From assembly GCA_030669415.1 (NCBI GenBank), contig DAOVDS010000002.1:1-47307 (forward strand): DNA of 47,307 nt. The letters are read 5' to 3'. The notes below the pieces were generated by a model. The model did not search any database, had not been told where the DNA came from, and saw only the letters and a list, made by a program, of their open reading frames with translations. Shown here piece after piece: positions 42,342-47,307 of the stretch (the first letter of the stretch is position 1; each line of letters begins with the position of its first letter). The DNA is from a bacterium (lineage in GTDB: Bacteria > Planctomycetota > SKW154 > DAOVDS01). Made by a program: the position numbers and the translations under genes.

Positions 42342-44828
42342 TCATTTCTTCCTCCCTTTCTTACCCCAGTTGGATGGGTCTATCTCCCAGTTGTAGCCTT
42401 TCTTGTGCGGCTTGGTGAACAACACCCTTTCCTTCAAATCGTATACCACCTGCTCTTCGCGAATGACAACGGCGCGCTGGTTCACAACGACAGGCTTGCC
42501 GGTAAGCGAGACCTGCGCCTTCTCGACCTCGTAGACCGCGCGCTCGCCGTCGGCTGTCGTCTTACCTTCCTTCTCGCCCTCCACCTCTATATGCACCGCA
42601 TCCTCGAAGTACACTTCCTTCATGGCTCCTGTCGGCATGTCATACAGCGCAATCATCTTCGAACAGCCTGCCGTCATGGCAGCGCCCTTGCCGTCGTCGA
42701 ATCCGCCTCTCACTTTGTCCATGAAGACAATCCGGCCGTGTGTGAGGTACACCAGTATCTTCTGCGCCGAGAGCTTGTTTTTCCCGGAAACGAGCTGCGG
42801 CCTCTTTTCGCCCTCGAAGACTACGCTGTCTCCCCTCACGTAGCGCGCACGCTCACACTCCAGCATCATGCCGCCTGAGCTGCCTGTAAACGTGACCGAA
42901 CCTTCCGCCAGCGCGCTCTTCGCATCATACTGGTCGTCAAACCGCAGTGTCAGTTTCTCAGACATCAGCTCAAACGGCGGCTCAGCCTTCTTCTCCCAGC
43001 CTTCGGAGGCACCTTCTTTGCGTGCTACTTCCTCCAGGTGCGCCCGCACCGTACCCTCGAACAACGCCTTCTTCCCCTCCGGCTCAAAAGTTATCTTGCG
43101 CGCAACCATCCAGTCTTTGCCGTGTTCGAGTTTCTGTAGCCGCGCTTCGTCTTGCGAATCCAGCAGGGCAACCTGGGTTTTCGCATCCCACGAAACCCGG
43201 TCACTGTGCAGCGCGACCCGGGCACCCTTGCGGCCTGTATAGTCGATGCGCACCCGGCCGGCGGTGTCTGTCAGGACAAGCCCGGTTATCACGGGACTCT
43301 TGCCTTTTTGCGCCTCGAAGCTGGCAACCATCCTGCCGGCATGGAACTTCCACGCCGCTTGGCCCGCCTTGAAGCTGGCAACCACCTTGCCCTCGAACAC
43401 TATCACGCCATCGTTGAGACGCACCGAGATACTGTCCGAGCGCACCCATTCGGCATCCCCGCGGGCCAGCTCCGGTTTCTGACGAATCGCCACCGTCTTT
43501 CGCAGCACATCCCACACCACCGAACCGCCGCTGATTTCGTAGGCGCCATCCGCGCTGCGCACCAGCACTTTCTTGCCCGCTGCCGGGTACAGCAGTACCT
43601 GCTCAGGCTTCATGCTGCCGCCTTCGTTGGCGAGATGCACCTCTGCCTTGTTGCAGGAGATATTCCAATTGCGCGGGAGAGAGTGTTTTCCCCTGCCCTG
43701 CTTCTCCTGCGCAACCGCGCCTTCAAGCTGCGCTGTCACCCCGCCCTCGAGAAGCAGCCTCTTGCGGTCCGCCATGAGAGTCGCTTTTTTCGCCCTCAGC
43801 GTATTGGGGCCATCGACGAACCTGACCCCCTGTTTCCCTGTAACCACTGTCATGGCGCTCCGGGCATCCCATTTCGCCTCATCGCCAAAGAGATGCGCCT
43901 CGCCGGCCTGGCGCACAACGATATTGCCGATTGCCGAGGCCCTTTCGACCCTCCTGCTCTGCCCAATCGCCACCACGAGTTTGTCGCTGTGGACGGTGAT
44001 ATCGCCGTCAGTTACAGTCGTGCCGTCCGACACTGACATAATAAATATATTCTGCTCGGGCACCCGCTCCACAAGGAGCCGGCCGTTGCCCGTTACATCC
44101 ACGCGCCGCTCCTCCCCGCTGCGCCCGGTCCTTTTACCGAAAAACACCCCCTCTTCCCTGGTGACCAGGTGCATCGTTATCGGCGGTGCAAGTATCATTC
44201 TGTTGAGCTGGGTTGCGCCGCGCATCCCGCCTTTGCCGAAAAGCTCGAAGCTCGGGCCTGTCACGTGAACGAGGCTTTTGCTCCAGAACTCCGCGGCAGG
44301 CACTTCCTTGCCGTGGCGCCGGTTGGCGGCGCGGATGTTGAACTCGTCGGTTCGCAGCTTCATCTCGGTCAGGCCGTGCGGCGTGAAGAGCTCAATGCTG
44401 CTTACTACCACCCCGCCTCTGAGAAAGGAGAACACCTGTTCCTGGCCGAACTTTATTACTCCACTGCCGGCATTGAGCTTTGTCAGCGTTTTCTTGAGCA
44501 GCGGCGTGGTGGTCGTGAATGAGGAGAAGAGCACCTCCGGATTCTTCACCTCGTAGTCATTCTCGCCGCTCGGAATCGCCTCCGTCCCGCGCGCAAACCA
44601 GTCGAACACACCCAACTGCGGGTCGAAGTGCCTGTACTCCCAGTTCAGTATCTTCTGGCGAACCAGCGAGTCAGCCCGGCCCACAACCGGTTCCGGCGGC
44701 GGTGTCTCATCCCCGGGAGAAATCCGGGGCAGCTCGCCGGGCTCAGAGAGGCTCAAATCCCCCCCTATCGCAAGCAGTGCCAGTGCCGCAGGCACACCGA
44801 ATCCCAGAAGTATGATAAGCTGTCTCAC
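42342..44828 (-). CDS. Long LptC/LptA (OstA)-like beta-jellyroll protein
   Basis: N-terminal anchor, repeated OstA-like segments (AIGNIVV, AEGSVTF, ADGERAVY...VSLTGKPVV), abutting kdsC. Confidence 0.65.
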   Translation of the reverse strand: MRQLIILLGFGVPAALALLAIGGDLSLSEPGELPRISPGDETPPPEPVVGRADSLVRQKILNWEYRHFDPQLGVFDWFARGTEAIPSGENDYEVKNPEVLFSSFTTTTPLLKKTLTKLNAGSGVIKFGQEQVFSFLRGGVVVSSIELFTPHGLTEMKLRTDEFNIRAANRRHGKEVPAAEFWSKSLVHVTGPSFELFGKGGMRGATQLNRMILAPPITMHLVTREEGVFFGKRTGRSGEERRVDVTGNGRLLVERVPEQNIFIMSVSDGTTVTDGDITVHSDKLVVAIGQSRRVERASAIGNIVVRQAGEAHLFGDEAKWDARSAMTVVTGKQGVRFVDGPNTLRAKKATLMADRKRLLLEGGVTAQLEGAVAQEKQGRGKHSLPRNWNISCNKAEVHLANEGGSMKPEQVLLYPAAGKKVLVRSADGAYEISGGSVVWDVLRKTVAIRQKPELARGDAEWVRSDSISVRLNDGVIVFEGKVVASFKAGQAAWKFHAGRMVASFEAQKGKSPVITGLVLTDTAGRVRIDYTGRKGARVALHSDRVSWDAKTQVALLDSQDEARLQKLEHGKDWMVARKITFEPEGKKALFEGTVRAHLEEVARKEGASEGWEKKAEPPFELMSEKLTLRFDDQYDAKSALAEGSVTFTGSSGGMMLECERARYVRGDSVVFEGEKRPQLVSGKNKLSAQKILVYLTHGRIVFMDKVRGGFDDGKGAAMTAGCSKMIALYDMPTGAMKEVYFEDAVHIEVEGEKEGKTTADGERAVYEVEKAQVSLTGKPVVVNQRAVVIREEQVVYDLKERVLFTKPHKKGYNWEIDPSNWGKKGRKK

Positions 44829-45371
44829 TTACGAAAACTCCGCGATAATTCCTTCCCACTTGCCCTGGGCCTTGAGTATCCTCTCTGCGACCTCGCGCAC
44901 CGCGCCGCGTCCGCCAGCCCACTCCGACACAAACCCGCGGAAGCCGCACACAGTCAGTACCTCAGGCACCGCATCCGCAGGGCATGCAGGCAGCCCGACC
45001 AGTTTGAGGAGCGCAATGTCGTTCACGTCGTCACCCATGAAGCATGCCTCGCCGGCGTCAATCTCGTACTTGGCGAGCAGCTTCTCAAAAGGCTCCGATT
45101 TCTTCAGCACCTTCTGATACACATCTTCTATACCGAGGTTCTCGCACCTGCGTTTCACAACTTCCGACTCGCGCCCGCTGATTACCGCCACCCTGATTCC
45201 GCTCAGAAGCAGTGCGCGTATCCCGAACCCGTCCTTCACGTTGAAATTTCGGAATTCTCTGCCTTCATCCCCCAGCATCAGCCGGCCATCCGTCAGAACA
45301 CCGTCAACATCAAGCACCAGGAGCTTGATTGCCTTCAACCTCGATTGCAGCTCAGATTCACTCAGCGCCAT
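44829..45371 (-). CDS. kdsC: KDO 8-phosphate phosphatase (HAD)
   Basis: LVLDVDGVLTDG, FNVKDGFGI, ISGR, MGDDVND, GGRGAVRE. Confidence 0.93.
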   Translation of the reverse strand: MALSESELQSRLKAIKLLVLDVDGVLTDGRLMLGDEGREFRNFNVKDGFGIRALLLSGIRVAVISGRESEVVKRRCENLGIEDVYQKVLKKSEPFEKLLAKYEIDAGEACFMGDDVNDIALLKLVGLPACPADAVPEVLTVCGFRGFVSEWAGGRGAVREVAERILKAQGKWEGIIAEFS

Positions 45372-45392
45372 GCCCGTCTCCTTTCCGCGCCG

Positions 45393-45421
45393 ATTCTAAC
45401 ACCACCCGCATCCCGCGTCAA
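45393..45421 (-). promoter_or_regulatory. sigma70 promoter for kdsC-lpt
   Basis: Minus strand TTGACG, 17 nt, TG-extended TAGAAT, then SD AAGGAG before ATG 45371. Confidence 0.65.
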
Positions 45422-45525
45422 ACCGAAACACCTTTCAGAAAATTCGCGCATATCTGAAACCGGCTCCCGCCGCAGCTTGTAGTTAAGTTCGGAGACAGGG
45501 TTCGCAAGAGTAAAGGAGGTGCAGT

Positions 45526-45948
45526 ATGAAGAAGTTGGCAGTGATTTGCCTGCTCGTTGTGTTCGCCGGCGTGGCCATGGGCGCGACCTTCAAGGCCGCA
45601 AACCCGTTCGGAAACATGGACCAGATCGAGAAGATAGTCAAGGCCGTGGCCGCGTTCTACAAGGGCTGCGAAAGCGAGAAGGCTTCCGTCATAATGGCCG
45701 AGCTCGCCATCGTGGACCTGGCCAAGAAGAACGACATGAACGCCATCCCCCGCCTCGAAGACGCACTCGAAGAGCTCGAAGAGCCGGGCCTTCGCAACTT
45801 CACCAAGTTCCTCATCGCCAACTGCCACAAGGAAAACGGCGATGTCGAACGGGCAATGGACGTGCTCCAGTCTGTTATCACCGGCGAGGAGTACGCCAAC
45901 GACGATGTTGAAGAGGAACAGGAGGACGTGGAAGAACAAGAGGATTAG
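45526..45948 (+). CDS. Secreted helical (TPR-like) hypothetical protein with acidic tail
   Basis: Strong SD AAGGAGGT, signal peptide MKKLAVICLLVVFAGVAMG, followed by a terminator. Confidence 0.75.
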   Translation: MKKLAVICLLVVFAGVAMGATFKAANPFGNMDQIEKIVKAVAAFYKGCESEKASVIMAELAIVDLAKKNDMNAIPRLEDALEELEEPGLRNFTKFLIANCHKENGDVERAMDVLQSVITGEEYANDDVEEEQEDVEEQED

Positions 45949-45972
45949 CACGCAGCACAACCGCAATCCCAA

Positions 45973-46006
45973 AGCCCCGCCGCTTGCCGGCGGGGTTGTT
46001 TTTTTT
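45973..46006 (+). terminator. Rho-independent terminator
   Basis: AGCCCCGCCG-cttgc-CGGCGGGGTT stem followed by a T8 tract. Confidence 0.88.
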
Positions 46007-46040
46007 CGCACCGCGCCTTTGCCAACTCGCGAATTCTGAT

Positions 46041-46069
46041 TTGCCGACGCTCCAAAAGTGTGTTATAAT
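46041..46069 (+). promoter_or_regulatory. sigma70 promoter with extended -10
   Basis: TTGCCG, 17 nt, TG-extended TATAAT, then SD GGAGG before ATG 46089. Confidence 0.72.
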
Positions 46070-46088
46070 AAAGCCGGGAGGGAATACC

Positions 46089-47307
46089 ATGAGCATCAAG
46101 CCTTGTCCTGAATGTGGCAGAATAGCACCCGCAGACACGCCCGCCTGCCGGCACTGCGGCTTTCGTTTTCAGACCAGAGAGAAGCCGCCGGCCGGGCCGC
46201 AGTTTGAAGCGTCCACCCAGCCGGCATCAACCGTCTGGCAGGTGATTTCCACCATTCTGCTTATCGTTTTCGCCGGTGCGATAGTTCTCGCCGCAGTCCT
46301 GATTGCACCCGAATCGAAAACACAACGGTCCTCGGCGCCTGAGAAAGAAACACCCGCAGCGCAGCCGCAAGTCACGCCCAGGCCGCCCCCGCATCCCCCC
46401 GAGAAGGTCGCCGACGTACCACAGGAGAAGCCGGAAGAGCCCAAACCTCCCGAACCCGCCGAGCAGCCGCCTGAGCCGCCGGACACTCAGGAAGAAGCCA
46501 AAAAGCCCGAAGAGCCTGTTAGGTCGCTGGAAGAAGAGAAGATTGACAAGCTCTTCGCCCAGGCGAAGGAAGCCTGCCGCAACGAGCAGTGGCAGGCCGC
46601 CATTGACATCTGCCAGAAACTTGCCAATGAGCTGAGCGACGAGGGCCCGGCAGCGCGGGAAATAAACGGCCTCCTGCACCTCGCAAGGACGGAACTCCTG
46701 CTCTCGCGTGCCTCTGGAACGCAAGAGAACATTCTCCGCGGCCTGCTCTGGCTGCATTTCCACCAGGACAAGGATGGTAAATGGGACCAGGATGGTTTCC
46801 AGAAAAACTGCCCCGACCCCGATGCAGCCTGCGACGGCCAGGGCATATCCCAGTATGATGCGGCCGTTACCGGCCTGGCACTTCTTGCGTTCCTGGGAAG
46901 CGGCCACACCCACCGCTCGGGCGGCCCGTTCAGAAAGACAGTCAAGGACGGCCTCGACTGGCTCGTTGGCCAGCAGCAGGATGATGGCTCATTCGGACCC
47001 CGCGAAGCCGAGTCCTGGATTTACAACACCGCAATCGGCACATACGCACTCTGCGAAGCTTACGCCGTAACACGCGACTACAGGCTGAAAGAACCGGCGC
47101 AGAAAGCGGTTGACTTCATCCGCGGCGCGCAGAACCCCGGTCTCGGCTGGAAGTACGAGTCCCAGAGCGGGCGAAACGATACCTCAGTTACAGGCTGGAT
47201 AGTCATGGCGCTCAAGGCCGCCAAAACCGCGGGCCTCAGTGTTGACAAGTCAATGTTCGACGGCGCCGTCAACTGGTTCGACCGCGCCACCAACACGGCC
47301 GGCAAGA
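46089..47307 (+). CDS. Zinc-ribbon + TM + Pro-rich + prenyltransferase/squalene-cyclase-repeat protein (3' truncated by the window)
   Basis: Not in the ORF track because it has no stop. Manual translation: MSIKPCPECG...CRHCG, TM, P/E-rich linker, GLLWLHFHQDKDGKW, VTGLALLAFLG, WLVGQQQDDGSF, AQNPGLGWKY, DTSVTGW. Confidence 0.85.
   Translation, partial: MSIKPCPECGRIAPADTPACRHCGFRFQTREKPPAGPQFEASTQPASTVWQVISTILLIVFAGAIVLAAVLIAPESKTQRSSAPEKETPAAQPQVTPRPPPHPPEKVADVPQEKPEEPKPPEPAEQPPEPPDTQEEAKKPEEPVRSLEEEKIDKLFAQAKEACRNEQWQAAIDICQKLANELSDEGPAAREINGLLHLARTELLLSRASGTQENILRGLLWLHFHQDKDGKWDQDGFQKNCPDPDAACDGQGISQYDAAVTGLALLAFLGSGHTHRSGGPFRKTVKDGLDWLVGQQQDDGSFGPREAESWIYNTAIGTYALCEAYAVTRDYRLKEPAQKAVDFIRGAQNPGLGWKYESQSGRNDTSVTGWIVMALKAAKTAGLSVDKSMFDGAVNWFDRATNTAGK

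Overview
A 47.3-kb, gene-dense, mostly GC-rich bacterial window. DUF4388-TPR, prenyltransferase-repeat and GspG/GspK-type gene content suggests a Planctomycetota-like organism (inference). Left to right: (1) a visibly AT-richer, translationally coupled module of SDH/ClpP-fold serine protease + small acidic putative antitoxin + MazF/PemK toxin (284-1910); (2) housekeeping block: degenerate endonuclease III-like gene, yebC, tldD, pmbA/tldE, DUF4388-TPR-membrane fusion, PPC/DUF296; (3) a ~19-kb minus-strand type IV pilus/type II secretion-like operon (FHA protein, PilMN fusion, PilO-like, TPR, GspG/H/K/J/I-like prepilins including a 1656-aa giant) followed by a B12-radical SAM gene; (4) a divergent GH42-like lipoprotein; (5) an isobutyryl-CoA mutase/acyl-CoA dehydrogenase cluster with an AT-rich Type IIG restriction-modification gene (carrying a G9 tract) between icmA and icmB; (6) ECF sigma/anti-sigma, lptC/A-like, kdsC, a small secreted protein and a truncated prenyltransferase-repeat gene. 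Best candidates for something new: the protease-antitoxin-toxin triad; short-repeat palindromic hairpins sitting in frame inside coding sequences (two prepilin leaders and the radical SAM gene); apparent CTG starts on prepilins; and phage-structural-like repeats in the giant minor pilin. I recognised no rRNA, tRNA, CRISPR array or transposase. All family calls come from motif recognition by eye, not database searches.
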